From assembly GCA_003344405.1 (NCBI GenBank), contig NOWV01000170.1, positions 62,001 to 126,000 of the forward strand: DNA of 64,000 bases, given 5' to 3'. Made by a program: the position numbers and the translations under genes. This document shows, in pieces, positions 42,460 through 56,800 of this stretch. Positions within the stretch are counted from its first letter, which is position 1, and each line of letters begins with the position of its first letter. The DNA is from Trichoplax sp. H2. Its lineage: Eukaryota. The notes beneath the pieces were generated by a model. The model searched no databases and was not told the origin of the DNA. It saw only the letters and a program-made list of their open reading frames with translations.

Positions 42460-44140
42460 ATGTTCCTAGTCGGCTTGACAGGTGGTATTGCAAGTGGTAA
42501 AAGCACAGTTTGCAAGACTTTGCAAGAGCTTGGATGTTGGATCATTGATGCAGATGCTTTAGCTAGAGAAGGTTCGAATAATAATCTAGTATATATTTTA
42601 TATCAATGTTATACTACGCTTATAACTGTTGCAAAGCTCATGGGAATGTAGTCTACTTTTGCCTATGGAGATACAGTTCTTGAAGACAGTTCTCTGCTTC
42701 CACCGCTAATTGCTAATGAAAACTGTTCAATCTTTCAGAAAATTACTGTGTGCAATAGTAATCAGAACTAGTACAAGCCTTAAAAGGCAGTTTCCTACCT
42801 TTATCGTCATGAAATCTGCTCATTTAGTAGATCTCCACTTGTAAGCGTAATGCTTGTTAATAAAAAAGAGCATGCTATGATACAATACGCTCGCCATGCA
42901 TAGACAGACCTTAAAAGTAGCTTTCTACTTTCCTATTGAATGATAGCTGTTTGATTTTATTTTTAATCAGATAAACATACTGTTAATTGAATATACTGTA
43001 ATATCGCACAAGATCACATTCAAGTATAATACAATGTTCTTTTCGCATTCTGAGATATGTAGAGTTATTTTAAGGAGATTTTTTTTGTCTTCTGTAATGA
43101 AAACTATTTAATTGGATTTAACACTACTTATAACCATAGTGTATATATATAAAAAAGTTTTATAATATACCAACCATCTTGAGTATTGACTAGTTTTACT
43201 TCATATATACGAATACTTGTAATAAATAGATATTTTTATCCCTTATTCTATAGTCGTCTTACCTCAACGGCCTGCTTGGTCAAAAATTGTGCAAGCCTTT
43301 GGTCAGGAAGTTCTGGAAGAAGATGGTCAACTAAACCGCCAGCGATTAGGCGATATTATATTTAAAGACCCGCAGAAACGCAAGTTACTCAATTCTATTA
43401 CTCACCCTGCAATCCAAAAGCAAATGCTTTGGCTTATATTTAAAGCTTTTTTAACAGGTAGCATACATAGATATTGTTGCTTTTTACACAAAACGGTAAC
43501 TGATATCATATAAATATTTTCTCCTTACCGTCAATTGACTTATGTGCAATTTTACCAAACGTAAGATGGAATGAAAGTCTATCCCAGAATAGATTTATAA
43601 CTGATTATAGATCTCTTTTATATTCTCAACAATCTTATTCTAATTTATAGGGGAAAAGTTTGTCGTACTCGATATCCCTTTACTGTATGAAGGTGGAAAG
43701 TTATTAAAATACCTAAACCGTGTTATTGTCGTCTACTGGTGAGTATACCACAGTATCATGCAATATTATCTACAATGTTTCAGTGAAAATATTTGATTGA
43801 TTAATTATTACTATGCACGTATATACCGCTGTTGAGATACGGTTTCTCATAATTTCTCTCTAGCTCAAGATCGCAACAACTCGAGCGGTTAATGAAGAGA
43901 AATGAGCTGACTTTAGATCAAGCAAATTCTCGTATCGATGCTCAATTAGATATAGAACAAAAACGCCAAAAAGCGGATATAATTATTGACAATACGAAAT
44001 CAGAAGAAGAAACAATACAGCAAGTTCGTAAAGTTTATTTTGAATTAAATCATTCTTGGAGTCATTGGAAATTGCGCTTACTGTTAATAGGAATGTTATT
44101 TAGCTCATATTTGATATTTCAGAAGGTAATCCTCACTTAA
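42460..44140 (+). CDS. DCAKD: Dephospho-CoA kinase domain-containing protein; 4 exons, C-terminal hydrophobic tail
   Basis: [17 protein letters not shown]-loop, [39 protein letters not shown]. Confidence 0.93.
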
Positions 44141-44432
44141 TATAATTTAGCTTTAATTTATTGACTGTTTCAAAAAATTTGAAGGCTACTTTGTATACCT
44201 AGGCCTATTTTATCAGTGATTTTTACACTTGTATGTACTGTAATTTAAATTTGGTGTATAACTGTTTCACTTTATAATGTACATACGGTATAATGCAGTT
44301 GATTCAGTCAGGATAGAGGCTTGTTTGCTTGTATTTATCCTAAACTCGAAAGACTACTTAAATCATGCCCTAAAAATTGGTAAACTCTTTGAATAATAAA
44401 AATATATACAATAGTGTAAGTATCTACCAAGT

Positions 44433-45725
44433 TCATTCCTCACTTCCTGCCAACATCTTAGTAAGTGGATATCTTGAATAAGATATACTCAACAGATATT
44501 CTTGTAAGCCAGTCGGCATGGAATTATAATGTCTTGTTAAAAATGAAAAAGCATATTCATCCAAGGAATTTGCATGGAATACAGCTTTTTCAATTGCAAG
44601 CAGTACATCCTCCGTTTTGTAATCTTCAGCTGTAAACTCCAGCTTATTGAAACAAAACTTCATAACTATAAATGTGGTTAAAATAATTTTATATGAGGAC
44701 AAGATAGATATCAGATAGCTTCTAATCAAATCTAAATCTAATGGAAATAAATATGAACTGCATTGTCAAATCTTACATTTAACAAAATAAGAATCTCCAT
44801 GTTCTTCGTACGTCTCTTGATCTAAAGTTTGCCACATAACTTCACTTTTTCTAGCTATAGCGTCATCGGATGGTATTAAATTAGTAGTAGTAATCTCATT
44901 TAGAATGCTTATTATTTTAACATCGCTGTCTATCTCTCGTAAATCTTCTCGCAAAGATTTGCAAAATGCTTCTAAGCCAAACATTGCCATATTAAAAGGG
45001 ACAAATTCAGGATGACCAATTCGACTTGCCGAAGATAAGATATTAATAATTCTACCGTGGCTCTTTTTTATTAGTGGTAAGAATGCTCGAATTAGCTCGA
45101 TAGAATTCCATAGATTGTTTTCTAACTCAATTTTACTTTCTTTAACTGAAAACCATTCTACTCCTGCTATAGCAAATGATGGCGGACAATTTATGATTGC
45201 CCATAATTGCTCATGAGATAATTTCTTCTGGATAAGATTAGCGGTAGCTTTTGGCTTTTTAGCATCTAACCTTACAGTCTTAAGACGATTTGAGCATGCT
45301 TTAATTAACGCTTCTTCGCCTTTAGCTGTGATACATGCAGCATAAACGCACAATCCTAAACGGTCGAAATGCTTTACGATAGTCGAGGCAATTCCATGAT
45401 CAGCATATGCAACCAATATCGTTTTATTAAGATAACCTCGAATAAAGGCCGGCTTGCGGAATAACTTCCAGATCACAATGAAAGTAAAGACTGTAACGAT
45501 AGTAATCACGCATAGCACTTTTCTATCGTGAAAGTCAATCTGGTTTACCTTAGCATTCAAATTTGTCAATCTAGAGTACAAGCATATTATGAGTTTGAAT
45601 AATCGATATCAAAGAACTTATTAAAACTGAAGCTATAGAAGTAAATTAATCACTCATGGCTTATTCATTGTACTAATACATACTTTACGTTTGCTATCTT
45701 ACCTAGATTTTATTAGGGCCTCCAT
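44433..45725 (-). CDS. RDH/HSD17B6/BDH1-like short-chain dehydrogenase homologue with degenerate catalytic motifs; 3 exons
   Basis: Exon 1 MEALIKS(R)|gtaag (45703-45725) splices into the long exon. It has an N-terminal TM segment and the SDR-like motifs LCVYAAC, LWAIIN, FLPLIKKSHGRIINILS and FGLEAFCKSLREDL. Confidence 0.8.
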
Positions 45726-46159
45726 GGATTGCTATTTGGTTATCAAATATACTCGTGTTGCGTAGTCAAAAGTGATACTGACACACTATAATATGATCTG
45801 AAGCAAGGTACTAGCATTTGTGATACCCATGCTAGTATAAACTGTTCATATTTTAACACAAGAATCGAGGGCTATAGCTAATTGATTAATTCAGCTACAA
45901 TCTGTTGTGATAGCTTGACCATATGGTTCATCAATGAATAAATAATACTTTATTAGATATCATAACCATAATATCGGATCTATGTTTGTCGAAATAAACA
46001 CCTTATTTGCTATTAAATGATCGATCCTATGTACTGTATAATAGTACGATAGGAGAAATGTACCATGAAAAGCTTCATCATTAGAATTCTATCAACGGAG
46101 GAATTCCAGAATCTAATGATTGACACTACATCGATACCAATCTTATAAAAACGGCATTG

Positions 46160-46204
46160 CTGTAATCTAGAGACCCTCTATCATAGAGGGTCTCTACTGT
46201 AATC
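46160..46204. mobile_element. 29-bp TIR-only element (perfect 14-bp inverted arms) with an 8-bp target-site duplication, hAT-like remnant
   Basis: ctgtaatc|TAGAGACCCTCTAT-c-ATAGAGGGTCTCTA|ctgtaatc. Confidence 0.7.
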
Positions 46205-46928
46205 TATACAGCAATGTAACCTTTAAAAATCAATTTTTATAGTTAGATTATCTATAACTTTTGTAACAGACGAACAAAAATACCTCTGAAGTCAAGTAAC
46301 AACGGTTAAACATCAGACATAAATATCAAATACATTTTAAATTAAAATATCTACAGATAATTTGACATGATCGCATTCGAATCACCTGAAACTCTCATCA
46401 ACTAAAGTGCATAACTACGCATAGATACTACAAAATACGTTGAAAATTCATTTGCAATACTATTAGTCCAAGCCTTTTAACAAACTACCAAATATTCGTG
46501 TAATACGTGTATGTTAGGCCGGATAAATTACGAATCTTTTCATTCTTTCATACTACAATATTTAATCACCTCAGTATTATTTGCGTAATTTAAGTGCTCG
46601 AAGTTTATCAACAATTTCGGATATCACATCTGTATTCTCAATTTTCTCGCACATTTATAAATATAACAGAAATAAATATATATTTTGTATTTGATTAATA
46701 AGAATTTTCTGATAACACCAATAAATTTTTGTTACAGTTTCGAAAATGATGTTAAAATTTTATAAAGGCCAAATTTAATCCCGATTATTGTCCTATCCAT
46801 ATTAACTACTTACACTGAAGATATCGATATCAAATCAAGTGATCTATAATTTATATACATATTCTGCCGATTTTTGACAGTTTTATGAGATTAAGATCTA
46901 CATTACACATCTAAGAAGGGACGATATC

Positions 46929-49900
46929 CTACTGAATAAATTGCCATTTTTGCTCAGGATCGTCATTACATATCTTCATTGTTATCATCATGTCATTAGT
47001 GTTTAATGCCAAACACAGCCCTCGGGAGATATTATATATTCGCTTTTTCTATCAGATAAATAGAATTACCATTAAACTTAGAAAATATTCGTACTTAAAT
47101 TTCAAGCACAGTATAACTTACACGACCATATGCAGAAGATATATAATATTCTGTACCTTATCATAAATCCATTCTTGTGAACTTAGATTTCCACATTTCT
47201 TAAGTAAGGGGACAATCGTACCACCAAAATGTGCTATGTCAGCACAGTACTTATGTAGCATGAGCATTCTCGTATTTAAATACATCCACTTCTAAAGTAT
47301 TAAGCAGATATGAAAATTATTAATGATGCTGCTGTGTATTAGATAGATTGAAATAAATTAATTAAGTAGTGTTGCTGACTTTGTTACGTAGATAGTATGT
47401 AGAACAGTTCAAAGAAAAATTTTGCTTTATTTGGTATAATTTATTACAGTCGAATAGCATTTATAAAACTAAAAATACAATTGCATTCATAATATTCTGG
47501 ATATCAAGGTATTACGAGGAAAACGTTCAGATACCACCCATTTCAATTGTAGTTGTATTTATAGCCTTGTACTTACTGCTTTTTCAATCTTCTTACATTG
47601 TCGAGCAAGCATTTTCTCTCCTTTGCGAAAGTTTTTAACTTTATTTGGTGCACTTAAGCAATATAAACTATTTCCAGCATTTCTTATCTAAGCAAAAAAG
47701 TCATAATGACAAATAATTAATACCGAAATACTTTCTAAGTCGTGAGATTTTTTATGCGATATAATTAACTTGTCCAGTTTATAAATAGGACTACTAATTT
47801 CAACATTATACAGAAAAAATAGTTCTACTAACTTTGCCTTGCATTAAAGACTTTGTTTCAGGTGTTTTTAAGTTGTTAGTTACAAAAGAAATTCCTGATT
47901 TTTGTTGACGGATTTGTTCTGAGTCAGTTGGAAGGACAAGTTCTGGGTAAACCTCCTGTAAATACCAACGAAAGGGTTTGCAGTGGAGCGACTGTCTTAA
48001 TTTCGTCCGATTACTGATATCTCCGTATAGCTTTCTATCACGCAAGTCAGGTCTTAGATTATAATAGAGTTCCTTGTAATCATCCATCCATACTTCAGCA
48101 ACACGTTGAGAGTTTATTTCCATGCTAAATTTCTTATTAGCTGTGCCATACGGTCTCCTTGTGCGAAATATATGACCAACACGTGAACATGGAGCGATCT
48201 TTAATTGGCCTCCACATTGCCATATTCTAAAAGAAATTTCTAAATTTTCTCCTCCCCATATTTCCATTTGATCATCATACGCACCAATCTGAAAAAAATA
48301 TTGCTTACTCATAGCAAATAATCCACCAGCCATCGTAGGTGAACTAAAAATGGTACAAAATTAATAGATTCGCCATAAGAGCTTCATTTAAATTTAAATG
48401 TTAAAATTCTTCCAGTAAGCACGAAACGATTGAGAAAACAATGACTTAATTGGTTAACTAATTATCACATACCGAAATGGCTTTGTCGGACCGCTGTATA
48501 ATGATTGAGGTACAGGTGCCCATGCAAAATGAAGGCCCCAACTGAATCCCCCACGTACAATGGGTGACGCAGTATATCGAAAGGTATCAAAGTTAATAAT
48601 ATCGATGATGGGACAAATGGCTGTTTGAGGATTTAATTTAATCTCAGCTACTAAAGGCTCCAACCATCCAGCATTGACTTCACAATGTGAATCTAGGAAA
48701 ATAATAATTTCGCTATTTGCCATTTTTGCACCAGTTAATCGAGAGCGAATTAATCCTTCTCTTTTATTGTTGCGAACAACTTTGACAATACCACTCAATG
48801 ATGCTTTAACGATTGTCGCTACTTTACGATATAGATCTATCATGTATAACATGAATTAATTTGAAAAGAAAAAGTGTTAGAAAAAAGAAACTTAATTAGC
48901 AATTAAGAACTAATTTAATTACTGTAATCGACCCAAAATAATCCCTAGCCATCTTCTACGTTAAACATAAATTCATTTTAGTGGTCGTACAATACAATAT
49001 CTATCGTCGCCTTTAGTAATCATTTATTTTCTATACAAATTTGATTCTTACCATACATTCATATAAACTATCTTTGTACAGTAATGATCTTATTGTAAAC
49101 TAAAATTTGAGTTACAATAATAATTGTAAATCATGCAAATATTGCAGAGTGTTGATTTTCTATCCTTACCTATAGAACTATAATCATCAATCAGTATGAT
49201 TTCATGTACAAGATCTGTTGGCGATCGATCCAATACGCTATAAACAGTTCGAAATAAAGCTGAAAGAGCTTCTTCATGGAAACAAATAATAATACTGGCT
49301 GCTGGCAAATTGCTTTGGTTATAGAAAGTCCCTTCTAATCGACAGCTGTTGGATACGATAATAGATTATTAGCATAATCAGTATAGTGCAAGAACTCTGG
49401 CATAAACATACACGCATGAGTAATCTAACAGTAATGAAGTACTAGAATAAAGTATCATCAACAGTTATATCAAGTTTTAATTAAGTTATGAATGGAACTG
49501 CAGTACCTTGGATGCCTTGTATCTGGTATATCACGTAAAAAACCAATCCGTTGGCTAAGTAATTCATTAAAAGCGTGCTTTTGATAGCCTTTTTGATAAA
49601 ATTTCAGTTCAGAAGTAGTTCTAATCCTTCCCATCAGAGGTTGATCTTCAATTTTAGTTCTCTGCATAGAAATAAGATTGGCTTTTGTCCATCTGGCTAC
49701 AGTCTACGAATGAATGAAGATTCAGCATGCATTTAAATCATGTCAAATTTATTTTAATTTTATAACTACATATATAGTAAGCATTCTATTATTCGTGTAG
49801 TCCTTGTATTGCTAGAAACTGTTGATGTCATATCTGAGCAATCAACAGCTAATCTCTTTCGTTCGCATAATTACCAATTCTAGGGTTCAATATCGATTAA

Positions 49901-51053
49901 CATGACATTCAATTGTATTACGATAGGTTATTTTAAAGTAAACTTGAAACTACCCGCATAATAGTAGTAATAACGTTATTATACTGGAAAGCGTTGACGT
50001 AGTATTGATTACCTGATTTTGATGACTGCCTCCATTTAACGAATATGAAGAATTTGAGTTAGACTTAGAGTGTAGCTGTTCACGTATCGAATCATTCTTT
50101 ACGTGCAATAAAGTTTCTCTATTCACCACTAATAATGTCCGGTTGTTGACAGTACTATTTTGCTTTAATTGTATGACAGGATGTGGCAATCGATGTTCAG
50201 TTTGATTAGTAGTAAGTTGGCTTGCATAAGATTTTAGCCTGGATCTATCCATGACTGATTGACTATTATTTTTCGAAGACTCAGCTAAGGTATTTTTCAT
50301 TTTGAGCTCTTGTGTCTTGATAGCAGATGTCTTCTTTATTTTATCATTTAATCTATGATAGTTTACCCCTCTACTGATATTATAATGTGATTGACTGCTT
50401 TCGATTCCACTAGCATTGATCGATCGATTGGTCGATTTCAAAGGAACGTTATTTGTATTATTAACTTCCTTTTTTGCCTGTTGATGCCATTTTTTTACTT
50501 TTCCAATGTTTATAGTAAGATTTCTGTCTTGGTATTGTTGTATAGTAGATGATGATACATTCTTTTCATCCGATGTGGTGGCAGTTTTATTGCTAAGAAT
50601 TGGAGAACGTCTCTTCAGACTGTCCTTAGCAACATCAACTAGTAAACGTTGTTTGCCGTTGTGTTCAATAAAATTCCCTCTATACTTTACCTCTGTTGGA
50701 CTGAGACTTTGAGACTTTATAAGGCGATTTCGTTCTTTCATCGATTTAATTTTACTTTGATGATGAACCTTTGTCGTCTGTTTGTGATATCTCAATTCAT
50801 CATCGGATTCTGAGCCTTTTTGAATACGAGGAATGGCATTAACATTTCGAATAATTTCCTTACTATCATCCCCAGCAATCTTTACGATAATTCGTTGTCG
50901 TTTATACCGTAGTTGCTGATCAAACCAAGGCGTTTTTGAATGAGTTGTATTACTGTAATGAGAATAAAATGCAAAAACGATACACCAAAATATCGTAGTA
51001 AGTACTAACGGACTGCATAACCTATATCGTCTGATTCTCCTCAATAAAGGCAT
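46929..51053 (-). CDS. GALNT11: Polypeptide N-acetylgalactosaminyltransferase, GALNT11-like, with a long stem region and ricin lectin domain; about 8 exons
   Basis: Type II TM segment, then [46 protein letters not shown] (DxH), [37 protein letters not shown], and a ricin (QxW) end QKWQFIQ*. Confidence 0.88.
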
Positions 51054-51889
51054 GATTTCCAATTTCGAATTTATTCCTAAACCATCTAGACCACTTTAAC
51101 CAGAATATGAGCAAACGTTTACTCCAATGTAGCGGTAGAAAACTATTGGGTGTTCAAAATTGAGGTTCGAATTGAATAATCAATACGAGCTCATCGTCGT
51201 CACTCCGTTATGTTATGGGCATGATTAGGCCATGGCTAGTTAGAAGCGTTTGTTCGTCTACTGCAATTAATGATAGCATAACAACATTTTATAGTGATGA
51301 CAATCGATTTGGCAGGTCTATATCACACTTAAATTACTGTCAAACTGTCATGTCCATTAGCTACTGTTGTCTTACTGTATAAGGAATTATTGATAATCAA
51401 AGCTTTTCAACATTAACTTATTGTAAAAATAGGCTGAAATAATGATGATGATTGTCTCGTTGAACTCGATGATAAAGGCGTTTTCTTCCTGTTTCAATAT
51501 TGAGTTAATTTGTTTATAACCATGCTCTCTATTACTTTGAATTGGTCTAGTGATAGTGTCTTTATACCACTAGCTAGTCTTGGTACACCAAGAGTCTATT
51601 ATAATCCAATTATATAATTACTTTTACAATTTGTAAATAATAGCAGCCATGAGACAGGTGCAGCTTGTACAGCAGCCGGAGAGAGGGCTGGGTGTCATGG
51701 TGATGAACAGCAGTCGAATTGAACCAACCCAATCAATGGATACAAGGCTCATTTATTAACGGCTATTGGTCCTGTTTGCGTCTATAAGTTGCTATAGTCC
51801 GCCCAAAACGTTTTCTATCCTATGTTATTTCCAGAACCGATGGCGGGCTATTTTATAGCCTTTGCGGAAATGTTCTACCCACTGTATAG

Positions 51890-52515
51890 CCATACAACAG
51901 AATTCTGGCACTCTTTCAAGCCATCTGGAGCGACTCCAACCTTTCTCTTTTAGTATTTTCAATGTCATTGGCCTAGTTTATCCTATAATCACGATGGGAA
52001 TACTTTAGATACCACAGAGTGATATATAGCCAGTCAATTTTTGTACTCGTTTTACTATTAGCCATGCTAAGCCATCTGGAACGAACATGGTCTGTTGATG
52101 AAATGGCCCTAAGATAGCCGTCTACTCTATGCTATAACATACAGGATGCATAACATAGACGAGTTTAGAGCTGTCTAGCCTATCATTCTTGTACTCTTTC
52201 ACTCTCCATCATTTGGAAACGAGCATAGTCTGCTTGATGAAATGTTCTCTATGCTCTAGTACAATATATCCAGCAGTTTATATTGATACAGCGGATATTA
52301 CAGATTAGATATACGCAACTCCAGCAACTGATCCCATTATAATAATTATCGAATTCTTACGCTCTTTTTTTATTATTAGCCATCTGAAATAAGCACAAAT
52401 TGCCTTACAATGACTATGGAAATATTCAATATATACTCTGTACACACTATAGCGATACAACCAGTAATTTTTGCACTCTCTCAACTACTTTCAGTCACCT
52501 AGAACGGAAGTGATC
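51890..52515. repeat. Highly degenerate ~130-170 bp tandem array upstream of GALNT11
   Basis: The motif (t/g)cactct...agccatctgga(a/g)cga recurs, sometimes followed by ttgatgaaatg, at ~51908, 52045, 52190, 52360 and 52475. Confidence 0.55.
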
Positions 52516-53888
52516 TCTTTCTAAATCTCTATTTAAAATATTCCATCTACGATAGTTTCCAATGCGCTTACGTAGTGATATAACTTTAGTTGTACACCTA
52601 TTACTATTGTACTGTATAATGAATGAACTATATACTCTATGTTATACAAGATCAGCACTACCGAGGACTCTAAAACAGTTGAAAGATGTTCCAACGTGTT
52701 GCCTTAAATTTTGCAGAAATGTACATTAAATTTAGCTCAAATTCCACGCAGATAAAAATCAGTACAACCATGAGCAATTGGCTCTTGATGTTTTGATTCC
52801 TTTTCATTGCAGTTTTGAGTCATTTTATATCTTTAAAATTTCGAATACAAACTATCAGTCACTGACATACTGTATGCACACTCGGTCTAACCAATTTAAC
52901 AAGTCACATCGTGTTACTTGTCTTATTACACAACTCCTAAATGAAAAAGGTCTCTGATCTACAGTATTGAATGTCCAATAATGTTCTCTATACAAGTTAT
53001 ATGCAACAGTACTGAAACCTCAAATAAATTTCTGACGTAATCGACTACTTGCCACGTATGCAATCCTGCACTAATACTTTACCTTGCTAGTTATAACAAA
53101 CATACAAGTAGATTTCGCCCTTTGAGAACTATGATAGTAGCACCAGCTGCCCCAATGAACATCGAATGAAACTACTGTCAATCCTATAGTAATGCTTAAC
53201 TCCCCATCAGATATAAAAGGAAATACCTACGCAAAAAGAATTTGACTCAATTTGTGTGCCATATGCCTCACATAAAAAGGCAACTGAAAACTACGGGGAA
53301 AGGCTTATCTAAACCTTTTTCATGAAATTGAAGTACCTTAGAGTACTAGACCAGTGTACAGTCACAATTTCGATACAGCAATACAACTCAAAAAGGAAAT
53401 GTAAATCATCAGTCAATTCGGATCCAAAATAGCAAGTAAACCCTATTTGTAAAACTTGACGTGTACAGTATACACCAAGCAAATGAATGCGCTTGACCTA
53501 GAATTTTATATTATACAGATCTACAAAATACGATCCTCACATTAACACATTCGGCAATGGTTTAACTCTTTATTGAACAAAAAGTACAATCAGCGCCTAT
53601 ACGCGTTAAAAGACAATACAACTACAATCGTCATTCCTCAAATGGTTCTAAAATACTTACAATCAGCACCAGCATAAATTATCGACAAAGGAACCAAAAA
53701 TATCCAAAAATAACTAGTTCATTTCAGAAACGGACGAACACGCATCAGATTACATTAGTAACTAAGCGTACGACTTCTATCGGAAATACTACTTCCGTGA
53801 TCGCGGACGGTGTCACCAACATGAAGGAATCTTAGAATAAAGTTATGCTAGAATGTCACGAAAGGTGGAGATATTGTGGATTTGGAGA

Positions 53889-56800
53889 TTAATATCGTCC
53901 TATAAATGTAATAAATATGATTTAATCAATCTCGATTGAAGAAATAAACGCAAAAAGATACAGAATATAAATAATATAGTACTAACGCCTAGGTGATCTG
54001 GAATATGAACGCGAGCGGGATCTTCGGTACCTTCGCCTGTAAACGATAAATTAAGTTGTAGATTTTGCCGAGATTAGAAGCTAACCTTAACCCTCTCCAC
54101 TTATATCCAATTAAGTGTTATACAATACAAGCAATACTTACGTTGGTTTACCCATATATATGCCAGGTGTTGGATTATGAGGACGTTTTGTCATTGAGAA
54201 ATCAACTCGAATCCTGCGACCATCTAATTCATAACCATTGGTACTTTCTTTAGCCTACATGTATGTCATGACAATAAGCCATAGTACGATAACTGAAATT
54301 ATTCCCACGCACTAAGAAGCATAATTATATCCATAATTCATTGAGATCTATTGCTAACCTCATAAGCATCGCGCTCATCTTCAAAGTAAACGAATCCAAA
54401 CCCTCGTGAACGCCCAGTCTAATCATATTTATCAAACAATAAGTTCCAGGATAAGCAAAAATTAATGGATTCATTCAATTACCTGATGGTCATACACGAT
54501 TTGGATATTTTCGATATCTCCATATTTTTCAAACAAGTCACGAAGTTCTCTTTCAGTTGTATACAAACTCAATCCAAATACACCCAAAACTCGGCAAGGT
54601 GAAGGATTAAGCTGTTAAGAATAGATAAAGTGTTCATTATCAAAGTATAATATTGCGATCATTGCAAGAAAATATTCTACTTGAAAATACTTTGAAATAT
54701 GCACGTGATAATGTAATGACTTGACTTACCCTGCTACGTTTTTCTCTCCTATAATAAGGTGATCTAGAACGTGAATACCTCGATCGCCGCCTTGGCGAAC
54801 GAGATCTTGATCTTTCATATTTAACGCAAAGAATAAACATTTATAGCAAACTGACTAACATGATTCATCTAACAACTGCAAAATGTTATTGTTTCAACTG
54901 TATTCCTAAATAGCACTGCATGACATTAATTTATACTACTTATACACTGAACAATTTCATGATATAGTCGAAGCCTACTACAAAGTAAAAAGCGTAGAAT
55001 ACCTTCTGCGTCGAGGAGAACGAGATCTTGATCTACGTTTTCGCCTTGGAGAGTAGGAACGAGATCGAGACGGTGAACGTGAACGCGATGCTGATCGAGA
55101 ATAGGAACGGCGGCGCCTATAAGAACCTGATCTTGATCTCCTCTTCGATCTCGATGATGATCTCCGCCGGCGAGAACCCGAACGAGAGCGTGATGACACC
55201 TGAGAATGTGAATCTGACCGAGATCGGCGACGTTCATGATCAGAGTTTGATCTCGATCGCCTTTTACGATAAGAGTTTGATCTAGATCTTGATCTTCTTT
55301 TATTGTCAGGAGAAATAGACCTGGACCTTGATTTCTTGCCTCTATCGTCTAGAGAGTCGTAATCACGATCTCTATCCTTTATGGACGAATGGCGGTCTTC
55401 CGTTGAGAGCTAAAAGACAAATAGATCCATTATTTAGCAATACTATTATTATGATTACCTATTGAGTCATTTTCTATATAAACCCCTTGGAAATTGTCCA
55501 AATTCTCCTGTACCGTACATTACCCAGATATACGTATTCTGCACATGATGAATACAGTTTATTTTACTTACTATCGTTCACCTTCGATTGTAATTAAAGA
55601 TGAATTCGGGTTGGTATTGCTCGTTCAAGTACACATTTAAATGTAACATCACTACCGCTATATGCCTCTCTTCTTGTCTTACGTGATCCAAACATTACTT
55701 CTTAGTTGAATCATATTATTAAATATACTATTCTATATGCTACAGTACACTGACATTGCTGCGTTGGTATGTGATTAATATACTATCTTTCTATCATGGT
55801 GAAATAAACTGGCTAAGAATAGACTCCTTCACGTTACCTATAATACTTTTATTAAGTATACTTATTTGATGAAAATTATATTTTTTTTCACTTATCTGCT
55901 CTAATTGTACTTAATGCCAACTATATTAACATAGAAAACGTACTAACTACTGCATACACAAGACATCAGGCACTTAGCATAGAGTAGACTGCGTAGTACT
56001 TCTAGCACTAAGGCAAGAAAATGTCACTAATAACTGTAAAGGTATAACTAACGTAGGATTGGCCGTAGTTTCCTGTTGTTTACGTACTAATTAACTAACC
56101 GGAGACTACTTTTTTGCAATTACGTGAAAAGCATTCAAAAACAACAGCAATAGCATCGTTACAAAGGTTACGAAATACCTTAGCACTTCAAGTTCTCTAT
56201 GGTCAGAACTCGAACAAGGTGCATTGCACACTTACTAATAACAGTAAGTACTATCAAACAGCATTAACAACATGCACGTTATAAAACAATCTGACACGTT
56301 GGAAGTTCTTCCCAAAAATTAAAATCTCAATCTGCTGTACGGTTGCTTCATTCAACGCTATTGGAAATGAATAGAATAGCAATGCACGACTAACCCATAA
56401 CAAGGGCTACTGTATTTGATAATATAATATGTAATCCACTGAAGTAGAGAACAACGTTAATGTACTAAGGTCCAGGAATGACTGGAAAGTAGTGAACGCT
56501 GTTTAGTAACTGGTAAAATACTACCCAAACTAACTGATAACTAGAAGAGGATGTAAAGTAATCCTACTAACTTCCAAGTTATAAGATGTATGGAAATAGA
56601 TCATAGCATAACGTAATCAACTAAAGCCATCTTGTTGTTATTGCAAAGTGTAACTACATACAATTTCAATACAGCCTAGAAAAAAGTGTGGCACGCAATT
56701 TTTTACTTCATTTTGTCCGAGGCAAAATGACTTTTGGTATATATATATATATATACAAAATTGAGTCAATTGAAGGTAGACAACAGCATTCATTAAGATT

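Noticed and set aside
54926-55285. Alternative-frame and antisense ORFs over the RS exon
   Set aside because: They are by-products of the low-complexity Arg/Ser codons of TRA2.
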